Below, one piece after another: positions 28,060-37,034 of a stretch of 64,000 bases of DNA (the first letter of the stretch is position 1; each line of letters opens with the position of its first letter). The notes beneath the pieces are model-generated. The model searched no databases. It was given only the letters and a program-made list of their open reading frames with translations, and was not told the DNA's origin. This DNA comes from an uncultured Pseudomonadota bacterium. Its GTDB lineage: Bacteria; Pseudomonadota; Alphaproteobacteria; RF32; CAG-239. Location of the stretch: NCBI GenBank assembly GCA_949290295.1, contig CASERH010000001.1:507-64506 (forward strand), given 5' to 3'. A program made the translations under genes and the position numbers.

Positions 28060-28771
28060 TAACCACTCCCAATGCTTTTTTCTGTTTAGCAATCAGCTCG
28101 CGGATTCCTTTTTTACCTAAAGCCAGCATTTGGTTAAATTGCTCCTCATCAAACGGAGCTCCTTCGGCGGTACCCTGAATCTCAACCAGTTTGCCGCTTT
28201 CGGTCATCACAAAATTCATATCCACCTGAGAATTTGAATCTTCTTCATAGTCCACATCCAGCACGACTTCTCCGTCATAAATATCACAAGAAACAGCTGC
28301 CACAAATTCTCTTATTGGGTTAGCTTTAAGTTTTTTCAAAGCCACCAGTTTTTCCATTGCCTGGTAGAGTGCGACAAACCCTCCGGTAATAGATGCCACC
28401 CTGGTGCCACCGTCTGCCAAAATAACATCGCAGTCAATACAAATGGAAATATCTTTCATCTTTTCCAAATCCACCACAGAGCGGAGAGATCGTCCGATAA
28501 GGCGTTGAATTTCCTGAGTTCGACCGGAAGGCTTTTTGCACTCTCTTTGCACTCTCACTTGGGCGGAGCGAGGCAGCATAGCATATTCTGCGGTAACCCA
28601 GCCTTTATTTTGGCCCTTGAGCCAAGCGGGCACTTTTTCTTCCACACTGGCGGTACAGATAACATGGGTGTTGCCGTATTTCACCAAACAAGAACCTTCG
28701 GCATAAGGATTATATCCGGGAACAAGCTCTATCTCTCGCAGAGCATCATTAGCACGATTTGTATGACGCAT
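28052..28771 (-). CDS. rph: Ribonuclease PH
   Basis: 239 aa. R(H)[11 protein letters not shown]...[18 protein letters not shown]...[15 protein letters not shown]...[12 protein letters not shown] is typical Rph. Confidence 0.95.
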   Translation of the reverse strand: MRHTNRANDALREIELVPGYNPYAEGSCLVKYGNTHVICTASVEEKVPAWLKGQNKGWVTAEYAMLPRSAQVRVQRECKKPSGRTQEIQRLIGRSLRSVVDLEKMKDISICIDCDVILADGGTRVASITGGFVALYQAMEKLVALKKLKANPIREFVAAVSCDIYDGEVVLDVDYEEDSNSQVDMNFVMTESGKLVEIQGTAEGAPFDEEQFNQMLALGKKGIRELIAKQKKALGVVND

Positions 28772-28839
28772 TTTTCATCTTCTTTAATACTGATTAAACC
28801 TGCCTGCTAGGATATGTCATTTTCTTTTTTCTGGCAACA

Positions 28840-28869
28840 AAAAAGCCCCGTTGATACAGGGCTTTTTTT
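28840..28869. terminator. Intrinsic terminator downstream of grpE (bidirectional architecture)
   Basis: AGCCC...GGGCT hairpin flanked by an A-run (28840-28844) and T7 (28863-28869). Confidence 0.65.
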
Positions 28870-28885
28870 ACAAATCCTCAAAATT

Positions 28886-29482
28886 TTATTTTGTAACCAC
28901 CACCATAGCCTCCCTGAGCAGACGTCCATTGAGCATATATCCGGTCTGCAGTTCGGCAATAACGGTTCCGGCCGGTTTAGATTTATCCTCAACCTCTTGA
29001 ATAACCTGGTGGAAATTAGGATCAAAAACCTTACCCATAATATCCATTTTGGTAATGCCGAATTTTTCAAACACTTTCATAAGCTCGGCCTCTGTAAGCT
29101 CCACGCCTTTTTTCAAAGCCTCACAGTTGTCATTACCTTCATTATTATTCACAGCATCAATAGCCCGGTGCAAATTATCTGCTACCGAGAGCAAGCTTTT
29201 AGCAAAAGAAGAGATGGCGTATTTATTGTTTTTTTCAATTTCCTGCGCACAGCGTTTTTTGGTATTTTCGGCCTCAGCAAAAGCGCGCAAATAATCCTCT
29301 CTCAACTTAGCATTTTCAGCTTTTAAAAGTTCCAAATCAGTATCATCGGCGGCATCATCGACTTCAGCCTCAGCCTCTGCTGCGGATTCGTCTGTTTCTG
29401 TTTCATTAGCCAAAGCCTCATCGAGGTCTTTCGCCAAATCATCATTTTGTGTTTCAGGGTGTCTTTTTTTGTTCTTACTCAT
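28886..29482 (-). CDS. grpE: Nucleotide exchange factor GrpE
   Basis: Start placed at ATG 29482, giving 198 aa. Acidic N-terminus, coiled coil (LKAENAKLREDYLRAFAEAENTKKR), and the C-terminal beta domain FDPNFHQVI...VIAELQTGYMLNGRLLREAMVVV. Confidence 0.9.
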   Translation of the reverse strand: MSKNKKRHPETQNDDLAKDLDEALANETETDESAAEAEAEVDDAADDTDLELLKAENAKLREDYLRAFAEAENTKKRCAQEIEKNNKYAISSFAKSLLSVADNLHRAIDAVNNNEGNDNCEALKKGVELTEAELMKVFEKFGITKMDIMGKVFDPNFHQVIQEVEDKSKPAGTVIAELQTGYMLNGRLLREAMVVVTK

Positions 29483-29544
29483 GTTTTTTCTCTTTAAAAA
29501 ATTAGGACTTGTGTGTATATACATAAGGAATTTAGTGACTAAAG

Positions 29545-29558
29545 CTTGACAAGTCAAG
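29545..29558. repeat. Perfect 14 bp palindrome in the grpE / glycogen-synthase-like divergent intergenic region
   Basis: CTTGACAAGTCAAG. It contains TTGAC(A/T) -35-like hexamers on both strands. On the reverse strand, TTGACT, 17 nt, TAAATT precedes grpE. Confidence 0.5.
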
Positions 29559-29643
29559 AGCGATAGTCTTTTAATACTTTTATAAGTTGTTTCTATTGAA
29601 ACCTGAGATTGAATTATTTTTCTGGATTCTTGAAAGATATGAG

Positions 29644-31680
29644 ATGAAACCCCACAAATTGAACTCGGATTTAACCACATCAAGACTATTACCCAAAGGT
29701 TTTAACAAAAGAAAGTTTACTGTTACATATGCGGTTACCACCAACCCATACTTTCAAGAAATTCAAAATCTCTCCAAGACACAATGTTTAGCCAACACCA
29801 GCTGGCCGCAAATAGACAAGATCAGAGGCTGGATGGTTTCAGCTGAAACCGCCACCTTTATGAAATGGGGTGGCCTTGGCGTCATTGCCACCGAACTACC
29901 CGAGGCTTTCAATAAATGCTTTGGCCCTCAGGGTGAAAACCTAACCGTTGTAACTCCGCTTTACATCGGCAACACGGGTAAGAAAAAAACGGAGTTAATT
30001 GGCGACAAATACATTGGGGCGGAACATAAAGAAATTGAGCTGACAAAAATAAGGACCATTGATGTCCCCTTCATGAGTGAAAAGAATACACTCACCAAAT
30101 ACAAAGTAGATATTTACACCGGCCACTTTGGCAACTGTGACTACATATTCCTCTCTAACGACAGATTTTTCAACATAGACCCCCACAAAGACAATCCTCC
30201 CGCTCAAGACGGATGTTATATCAAAAACAAATACGGCATCAATGAAGTTGAGCGTTTTGCCTTTTTCTCAAAATCTGTTTATGTTCTTATCAAAAACATC
30301 TGTGCGGAAAAGATTACAGAGATTGAATGCCCGAACGTCATTATCGCCAATGACTGGCATAGTGGTGCACTCTCCGGCCTATTCAAATACTTCACCACCG
30401 CACAAGTAGAAAACAAGACCATGGATGCCACCCTTGCCGAGAAGATAAAAGCTCTTCCGGTTGTGCATATTGCTCACCATTTAGGTTATCAAGGTTGGGA
30501 TTATGAGAACACGGCAAAAATATTGAACTCCCTATATGAGGACAGAGCTGCGGTTGTGTTCAAAAATGCCAAAGCCATCAAAAACAGCAACCCCCGAGCC
30601 ACCAACACGCTGATTGTGCATGATTGCTACAATCAGGCCTCTTGCAATTTTCACCTGGCAGACAAAGTGGTGACTGTTTCAAAAAACTATCTTGAAGAAG
30701 TTTCAAAAGAACTGGGTTTTGGATTTGACTTTCGTGATATCTTAAAAATTCGCAAAGACCACCGCGACTTCTTTGGCATTGTAAACGGTTATGAAAAGAA
30801 ATTGATATCCCCCAATCAAGAAAAGATTACAGCCGTTAATAAATATTTTGGTGACACGGATTTTAAGACTTTTGATGAAAATCACTTAGAAGGAAAGCTG
30901 CATAATAAGGAAGAATTTATCAAACTTATTTCAAAAATCGCCACAGATAAAGACTATAAGCAGAAAGTGATTCCCTTGGTTGATATCTATAAGTTTGAAG
31001 ACATTTCAAAAGTAATCAAGAACGCAGAAAAGACACCGATTGTTTGCGCCACCAGCCGCTTAGTAGAGCAAAAAGGCTACGACGTTGCTGCCCAAGCAAT
31101 CTTAAATCTTTCTAAAAAATATAAAGACGCTCAAATAGAATATCCTGTATTCATCTTAGGCGGCGCCGGCGATATTAATTACTTTGAGATGTTAACTAAG
31201 CTGAAAGATAAAGTTGCTGAAATTAACCCGCAAATTGCCCGCAGAATTTTTGTCTTTCATGGCTATAAAGATGAGTTTGCCTATGCCATTCAGTTGGCCT
31301 CAGACTTTTACATGATGCCGTGCCGATTTGAACCCTGCGGTCTCACCCAAATGGAGGCCATGGCCAAAGGAGCTCTGCCAGTAGCAATGTCAACCGGAGG
31401 TCTGGTGGACACGATAGAAGATGGAGTTGACGGCTTTAGAACAGAAGCTTTCTTCTGCAACAATCGCAAGGTTTATGGTAACAACCTTACGGCTCAGCGG
31501 CTCAAAAACAATGAAAATGCCTATACGGAAACTTTAGATAAGGCATTGTCAACTTTCTATGATGCCCCCAATCTGATTAACGCCATGAAAAAGAACGCCA
31601 TGCGCAAAGATTTTAGTTGGGATGTTGAAAACGGCTCTGTTTATAAATACCACAACTTGCTATCTACCGGGCATTTATAG
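29644..31680 (+). CDS. Long glycogen/starch synthase-like glycosyltransferase (GT5 family)
   Basis: 678 aa from ATG 29644 (start uncertain; the track ORF begins at 29587). KWGGLGVIATELPEAF corresponds to the KxGGL motif. MMPCRFEPCGLTQMEAMAKGALPVAMSTGGLVDTI corresponds to the conserved C-terminal FEPCGLTQ...TGGL region. It is much longer than the usual bacterial GlgA of roughly 480 aa. Confidence 0.7.
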   Translation: MKPHKLNSDLTTSRLLPKGFNKRKFTVTYAVTTNPYFQEIQNLSKTQCLANTSWPQIDKIRGWMVSAETATFMKWGGLGVIATELPEAFNKCFGPQGENLTVVTPLYIGNTGKKKTELIGDKYIGAEHKEIELTKIRTIDVPFMSEKNTLTKYKVDIYTGHFGNCDYIFLSNDRFFNIDPHKDNPPAQDGCYIKNKYGINEVERFAFFSKSVYVLIKNICAEKITEIECPNVIIANDWHSGALSGLFKYFTTAQVENKTMDATLAEKIKALPVVHIAHHLGYQGWDYENTAKILNSLYEDRAAVVFKNAKAIKNSNPRATNTLIVHDCYNQASCNFHLADKVVTVSKNYLEEVSKELGFGFDFRDILKIRKDHRDFFGIVNGYEKKLISPNQEKITAVNKYFGDTDFKTFDENHLEGKLHNKEEFIKLISKIATDKDYKQKVIPLVDIYKFEDISKVIKNAEKTPIVCATSRLVEQKGYDVAAQAILNLSKKYKDAQIEYPVFILGGAGDINYFEMLTKLKDKVAEINPQIARRIFVFHGYKDEFAYAIQLASDFYMMPCRFEPCGLTQMEAMAKGALPVAMSTGGLVDTIEDGVDGFRTEAFFCNNRKVYGNNLTAQRLKNNENAYTETLDKALSTFYDAPNLINAMKKNAMRKDFSWDVENGSVYKYHNLLSTGHL

Positions 31681-31698
31681 TTCCAGACAATATAAAGT

Positions 31699-31729
31699 AA
31701 AAACGCAGATTATTAATCTGCGTTTTTTT
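31699..31729. terminator. Bidirectional intrinsic terminator (glycogen-synthase-like gene and hydA)
   Basis: ACGCAGAT-TATTA-ATCTGCGT stem flanked by A5 and T7. It sits between convergent genes. Confidence 0.85.
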
Positions 31730-31764
31730 ATTATCGGGCAAGAAAACCTCCAGGCGAGTTTTTA

Positions 31765-33537
31765 CTACTTTTTGTTATACTTATCCCGAGCCACATAATG
31801 AGTATGCAACAACTCATGAGCTCTGTGAGAACCGGCCTCCCCCAAATATTCTTTATACAAAGTTTTGATTGATTCATTATGATGAGAAAGCCGATTCTTT
31901 GCTTTCAAATCCTCATTCATCAACCCCTTGGCGCGTTTTTTGCGAATATCATCGGTAATACCGCGCGGTTTTGGCTGTCCGGGCATCATAACTCTGGGCT
32001 GTCCGCCACCTGATATACAACCGCCGCGGCAAGCCATAACCTCAACAAAATGATAAGGCATTTCCTCGCCATTGGCCTTGGCCTCTCTAATCCTATCCAA
32101 GATAATTTCGATATTTCCACAACCATGAGCCACGGCAATCTTCACTTTGGTTCCCTTGATGTCGATCTCGGCCTCTTTCACACCATCAAGCCCTTCAAGA
32201 GCCTTAAAGTTTACATCACCGAGTTCTTCACCGGTAATATAGAAATAGGCCGTACGCAAGGCTGCGGTCATAACACCACCGGTCACGCCGAAGATGGTTC
32301 CGGCACCGGAATACTCACCAAGCGGGCTGTCGGCCTCTTCTTCCGGCAGGCTGCGGAAATCAATACCGGCTTGTTTAATCATGCGGCACAGCTCTCTGGT
32401 CGTCAAAGACACATCCACATCTTGGAATCCGGAGCTACTCATGTCCTTGCTGCGAGTAATCTCCCATTTTTTAGCCGTGCAGGGCATAATCGAGATAACC
32501 CTGATTTTGGCAGGATTAATCGCCATTTTTTCAGCATAATAAGTCTTAGCCAAAGCCCCTACCATAGATTGCGGAGATTTGCAGGTAGAGAAATGATCAA
32601 TCATATCATGATGATATTTTTCCAACATATCAACCCAAGCCGGACAACAAGAAGTAAACATCGGCAAACTTTGCGGATTTTCCGTAAAGCGATGAACAAA
32701 CTCATTGGCTTCTTCGATGATTGTCAAATCTGCACCGAAGTTAGTATCAAACACCTTGTTAAACCCAAGTCTACGCAAAGCAGCATAGGTTTTTCCGGTC
32801 AAGTTCTCACCAAAATCATAGCCAAACTCCTCACCTATAGCCACACGCACGGCCGGAGCAATTTGCACGATGGTAACAATCTCAGGGTCACGCAACATTT
32901 CCCAAACTTTTTGAGTTTCATCATACTCAACAATGGCACCTGTTGGACAGTGGGCAGAGCATTGACCGCACTTGATACACGGACTTTCGGCCAAAGGGAT
33001 ACCTCCGGCAGCAGTAATTCTGGTTGCCAATCCTCTGTTCAAGTAGCTCAAAGCCCAAACATTTTGCTGGTTTTGACAAACCTCAACACAACGTCCGCAA
33101 ATAATACACTTAGACGGATCCAAAACAATTGCCTTGGTTGAGTCATCTTTTTCATATTTTTTGTTTAAGCTCGGAAGATTGGAGTGGGCAATTCCAAAAG
33201 TATTGGCCATATCCTGGAGCTCACAATGCCCAGAGCGGATACAGGTTAAACACTCATTGGGGTGATTACTTAAAATAAGCTCCAAAACAGTGCGCCGAAC
33301 ATCAACAATCTCGGCATCACCGGTAATGACTTCCATCCCTTCTGCCACCGGCGTGCAACAAGAGCGCATAATCCGCCCGCCCACTTTCACGATACACATA
33401 CCGCAACCGGCTGAAGGATCAACATCCGGATGTTTGCACAAAGTTGGAATATCAATATGCGCCTGGCGTGCGGCCTCCAAGATAGAGGTTCCTGCCGGCA
33501 CTTCAACATCAAAATTATCAATCTTTAACTTTACCAT
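31765..33537 (-). CDS. hydA: [FeFe]-hydrogenase catalytic subunit (M3/CpI-like architecture)
   Basis: 590 aa. N-terminal 2Fe-2S ferredoxin-like domain, then His-ligated and 2x[4Fe-4S] Cys motifs. All three H-cluster signatures are present: TSCCPAW, MPCTAKKWE and EVMACRGGCISGGGQP. C-terminal small-subunit-like tail. Confidence 0.92.
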   Translation of the reverse strand: MVKLKIDNFDVEVPAGTSILEAARQAHIDIPTLCKHPDVDPSAGCGMCIVKVGGRIMRSCCTPVAEGMEVITGDAEIVDVRRTVLELILSNHPNECLTCIRSGHCELQDMANTFGIAHSNLPSLNKKYEKDDSTKAIVLDPSKCIICGRCVEVCQNQQNVWALSYLNRGLATRITAAGGIPLAESPCIKCGQCSAHCPTGAIVEYDETQKVWEMLRDPEIVTIVQIAPAVRVAIGEEFGYDFGENLTGKTYAALRRLGFNKVFDTNFGADLTIIEEANEFVHRFTENPQSLPMFTSCCPAWVDMLEKYHHDMIDHFSTCKSPQSMVGALAKTYYAEKMAINPAKIRVISIMPCTAKKWEITRSKDMSSSGFQDVDVSLTTRELCRMIKQAGIDFRSLPEEEADSPLGEYSGAGTIFGVTGGVMTAALRTAYFYITGEELGDVNFKALEGLDGVKEAEIDIKGTKVKIAVAHGCGNIEIILDRIREAKANGEEMPYHFVEVMACRGGCISGGGQPRVMMPGQPKPRGITDDIRKKRAKGLMNEDLKAKNRLSHHNESIKTLYKEYLGEAGSHRAHELLHTHYVARDKYNKK

Positions 33538-33539
33538 GA

Positions 33540-35234
33540 CTATTTCTCCTCCGTGGCAGCAGGTTTAGCATCAACAAGTTTTTCCAGATACTCATTCTCA
33601 AAGAATCTAAGAGTGGAGAGTACTGGGTTCGGCGCTGTTTGCCCCAACCCGCAAAGAGAAGCCTTTTGCATAGCGGTAGCGATTCGTTTCAGATCTGCCA
33701 AGTCTTGCTTTGTACCCTTACCTTTGTTGATTTTTTCAAGCAACAACAACATTTGTTTTCCGCCGATACGGCAAGGAGCGCACTTTCCGCAAGATTCATC
33801 GACCGTAAAATCAAGGTAGAAATTGGCAATATTGACCATATTAGATGAATCATCCATTACAATCATACCACCGGACCCCATGATGGAGCCGATTTTTTTG
33901 AGCTCTTCATAACAAACCGGCAAATCCATTTTTTCAGCCGGGATTACACCGCCAGAAGGGCCACCGGTCTGCACGGCTTTAAGTTTTTTGCCGTTTGGTA
34001 CACCGCCGCCAATCTCATTAACAATCTCGTTGATGGTTGTTCCCATCGGCACTTCAATCAAACCGGAATGCTCAACTTGCCCGGTCAGAGCAAAAACCTT
34101 TGTTCCCTTGGACGTTTCTGTTCCAAAAGAGGAGAACCAATCTGCACCCTTCAAAATAATCTTAGGCACATTGCCCAAGGTCTCCACGTTATTAACGCAA
34201 GAAGGCTTATCCCACAAACCTTTATTGGTCGGGTACGGCGGACGCGGTCTCGGTGTTCCTCTCTTGCCCTCAATGGAGTGAATAAGAGCTGTCTCCTCAC
34301 CGCAAACAAAAGCACCGGCACCGAGGCGAACTTCAATATTAAAGGAGAAATCCGTTCCCATAATATTGTTGCCGAGCAGACGATTCTTTTTACAAGCCTT
34401 GATGGCCTTATCCAAACGCTCCACTGCCAAGGGATATTCGGCTCTGACGTAGAACCAACCCTGTGTGGCACCGATGGCATAAGCGGCAATCATCATACCT
34501 TCAATCACCGAATGCGGATCACCCTCCAAGATGGAACGATCCATATAAGCACCGGGATCACCTTCATCACCGTTGCAGATAATAAATTTTTCATCCACTG
34601 TTGGCACTTTGGAAGCCAGCTCCCACTTCATACCGGTAGAGAATCCGCCACCGCCACGGCCGCGCAAACCGGAGCGTTTGATTTCATCAATTACCTCGGC
34701 CGGTGTCATGTTTTTCAAAACTTTTTCAAGAGCCAGATAGCCTCCGCGGGCAATATATTCCTGAATATCTTCAGGATCCATATGTCCGGCATCTTTGAGT
34801 ACCACTTTTTCCTGCTTAGTAAAGAAAGGCAGCTCCAAAGAAAGGACATGTTCTTGCAAGAAAGGCGGCACCTCAAAATTCTGGCCCTCAGAAAGTTTCA
34901 GAGCCGGAACAATATGCTCGGTTACAATCAAGCGCGCAATCAAAGGCTCGATTCGTTTATAAAGAACATCTTTTTGCCCTTTAATTTCAACTCTGATGAG
35001 CGGTCCCTGAGCACAAAGCCCCATACACCCCGTAGCCACAATTCTGACCTGATCTTCAAGCCCATGTTCTGCCACCGCCGTTTTGAGCAAATCAATAATA
35101 TCATCACTGCCGGAAGACTTACACCCCGTGGAGTGACAGCAATAGACGCTGCAACGAAATCTCTCGAGTTCGGCATTTTTGTTCTTAGCGATTTCATGAA
35201 TATCAAATCTTTTATCCAAATCCATATCGGCCAT
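33540..35234 (-). CDS. hydB: NuoF-like flavoprotein subunit of the hydrogenase (HydB-like), NAD(P)H/FMN-binding
   Basis: 564 aa. N-terminal thioredoxin-like [2Fe-2S] pattern (CHSTGC...CMGLC). FMN/NADH region GRGGGGFSTGMKW. [4Fe-4S] motif ESCGKCAPCR...C. The protein ends shortly afterwards, with no CxxCxxCxxxCP ferredoxin motifs. Confidence 0.88.
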   Translation of the reverse strand: MADMDLDKRFDIHEIAKNKNAELERFRCSVYCCHSTGCKSSGSDDIIDLLKTAVAEHGLEDQVRIVATGCMGLCAQGPLIRVEIKGQKDVLYKRIEPLIARLIVTEHIVPALKLSEGQNFEVPPFLQEHVLSLELPFFTKQEKVVLKDAGHMDPEDIQEYIARGGYLALEKVLKNMTPAEVIDEIKRSGLRGRGGGGFSTGMKWELASKVPTVDEKFIICNGDEGDPGAYMDRSILEGDPHSVIEGMMIAAYAIGATQGWFYVRAEYPLAVERLDKAIKACKKNRLLGNNIMGTDFSFNIEVRLGAGAFVCGEETALIHSIEGKRGTPRPRPPYPTNKGLWDKPSCVNNVETLGNVPKIILKGADWFSSFGTETSKGTKVFALTGQVEHSGLIEVPMGTTINEIVNEIGGGVPNGKKLKAVQTGGPSGGVIPAEKMDLPVCYEELKKIGSIMGSGGMIVMDDSSNMVNIANFYLDFTVDESCGKCAPCRIGGKQMLLLLEKINKGKGTKQDLADLKRIATAMQKASLCGLGQTAPNPVLSTLRFFENEYLEKLVDAKPAATEEK

Positions 35235-35239
35235 GATAG

Positions 35240-35719
35240 TTACTCCCCTTCCTCGCTAAGTTTTTTCCGCCATTCATCCAAAATATTTCGCACATCATTG
35301 GGAGAAACACGACCATAAGTCTTGCCATTAACAACACAAACCGGCGCCAACCCACAACAACCGACACAGCGCACGCTTTGCAAATGGAACATCTTATCTG
35401 CTGTACTTTCGCCCTCGCCGATTCCCAGTTCTTTTTTGAACTCTTCCAAAACCTTATCATTGCCTTTAAGATAGCAAGCTGTTCCAGTGCAAACGGAAAT
35501 CACGGCTTTACCGGGAGCATCCAGTTTAAAGAAATTATAAAAAGTCAAGACCTCATAAATTCTGGCCAGCGGCACTCCCATGCCCTCAGCCAAATCAACA
35601 GCATCCTCCCACGGCACAAATCCTTTAACACCCTGGATTTCGTGCAAAGCCATAATCAACGAGCCCCTTTTTTTGCGCCATTTAGCAGCAACGCTAGAGC
35701 CCAAAGAACCATTATCCAT
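35240..35719 (-). CDS. hydC: NuoE-like [2Fe-2S] subunit of the hydrogenase (HydC-like)
   Basis: 159 aa. CTGTAC...CVGCCGLAPVC cysteine pattern typical of the NuoE/HydC thioredoxin-like ferredoxin. It is the first gene of the three-gene operon. Confidence 0.85.
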   Translation of the reverse strand: MDNGSLGSSVAAKWRKKRGSLIMALHEIQGVKGFVPWEDAVDLAEGMGVPLARIYEVLTFYNFFKLDAPGKAVISVCTGTACYLKGNDKVLEEFKKELGIGEGESTADKMFHLQSVRCVGCCGLAPVCVVNGKTYGRVSPNDVRNILDEWRKKLSEEGE

Positions 35720-35906
35720 TAAAATCTCCTTTATGTTTGTTGTTGTAAAACAATCTTATCGGCAAAAATTTTACCATTCAAGCACATTGTTTGTGCCACC
35801 CCCAATTTTTGCCAAAAAGGAGAATGTATATAAAAAATTTACATATTTTATGTAATATATGAAAAAATTTGTTTCTAAATCCGATAATTTGATTATAATC
35901 GGCATC

Positions 35907-37034
35907 ATGAAAAAACTGAACCTTTATATAATAAAACAAATTTTAGTAGGTTTTCTGCTGGTTTCCTTCTCATTGATGTCAATCATCTGGCTGACCCAAT
36001 CACTGAGATTTGTAGACTTAATAACCAACAAAGGCATCTCGGTAGGGCTCTTTGCCGAGATGACATCCTTGCTTATGCCGAGAATATTCACAATTTTATC
36101 CCCAATTTCGCTATTTGCAGCAGTTTTATTTGTATACAACCGCATGTTATCAGACCGAGAGTTAGTGGTAATGAAAGCAGCCGGCATCAGCCCATGGGAA
36201 AACGCCAAACCGGCTATTTTTATAGGGCTCATCTTGACGCTGTTAAATATGTGGATCATGAACTTTGGTATTCCGATGGCAGAAAATCGCTTCAATGACC
36301 TTCAATGGCAAGTAAAGAATGATGTTTCGCACCTCATGTTCAGAGAAGGTGAATTCACTACCCTGCAAGACAACCTAACCGTTTTCATTACCACTCACGA
36401 GCCTGATGGCTCCGTAAGCGGTATTTTGATTAATGACGAAAGAAACCCCAAGACCAAATCTACAGTTTCTGCCGAACGCGGGCGGATAGTTCAAACCCCG
36501 AAAGGACCGCGAATTATCTTAGTTAACGGCAGCCGCCAGGAAATAAACAAACAAAATAACCAGTTCAGCTCTGTTATTTTTGACCGTTATTCGGTAGATT
36601 TTGGTGCTAAAGAAACCAAAGCCAGAAAAGAAGCCGGCGTAAGAGAGAAAACCTTGGGCGAGTTATTTTCGGCCGCCACTAATCCAGACCTGGAGCCCAA
36701 AGAAGTTCGCCGTTGGATTGTAGAAGGCAACAAGCGTTTCACCACCCCCTTGCTCAATGTTATTTACGGGCTAATTGCCTGCACCGGGTTGCTGATTGGT
36801 AATTTCAATCGCCGCGGACAGCTAAAAATTGTTTCAATCTCGGTTGGCGCCATGGTCATTATTCAAGCCTTAGATTTGGCCATCGGCAACCTTGCGGTTA
36901 GACACCTCTGGTGGCTGATTGTTTTGTATCTGAATTTGCTCTTGCCTTTTGTTTTTTGTTTGTATTTGCTGTTTTGCTACAAACCCTTTTTATTCCAACG
37001 CCAAAAGAAGTTTTCGGGAGCCGCAAATGACTAA
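35907..37034 (+). CDS. lptF: LPS export ABC transporter permease LptF
   Basis: Start placed at ATG 35907 (MKKLNLYIIKQILVGFLL...), giving 375 aa. YjgP/YjgQ-family topology with a periplasmic beta-jellyroll insert. The track ORF starts at 35859. Confidence 0.8.
   Translation: MKKLNLYIIKQILVGFLLVSFSLMSIIWLTQSLRFVDLITNKGISVGLFAEMTSLLMPRIFTILSPISLFAAVLFVYNRMLSDRELVVMKAAGISPWENAKPAIFIGLILTLLNMWIMNFGIPMAENRFNDLQWQVKNDVSHLMFREGEFTTLQDNLTVFITTHEPDGSVSGILINDERNPKTKSTVSAERGRIVQTPKGPRIILVNGSRQEINKQNNQFSSVIFDRYSVDFGAKETKARKEAGVREKTLGELFSAATNPDLEPKEVRRWIVEGNKRFTTPLLNVIYGLIACTGLLIGNFNRRGQLKIVSISVGAMVIIQALDLAIGNLAVRHLWWLIVLYLNLLLPFVFCLYLLFCYKPFLFQRQKKFSGAAND

Noticed and set aside
29483-29643. A CIRCE (HrcA operator) element upstream of grpE, suggested by TTAGTGACT...CAAGTCAAG.
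   Set aside because: The two arms are not reverse complements of each other and match the TTAGCACTC-N9-GAGTGCTAA consensus poorly. Only the separate 14 bp palindrome is real.
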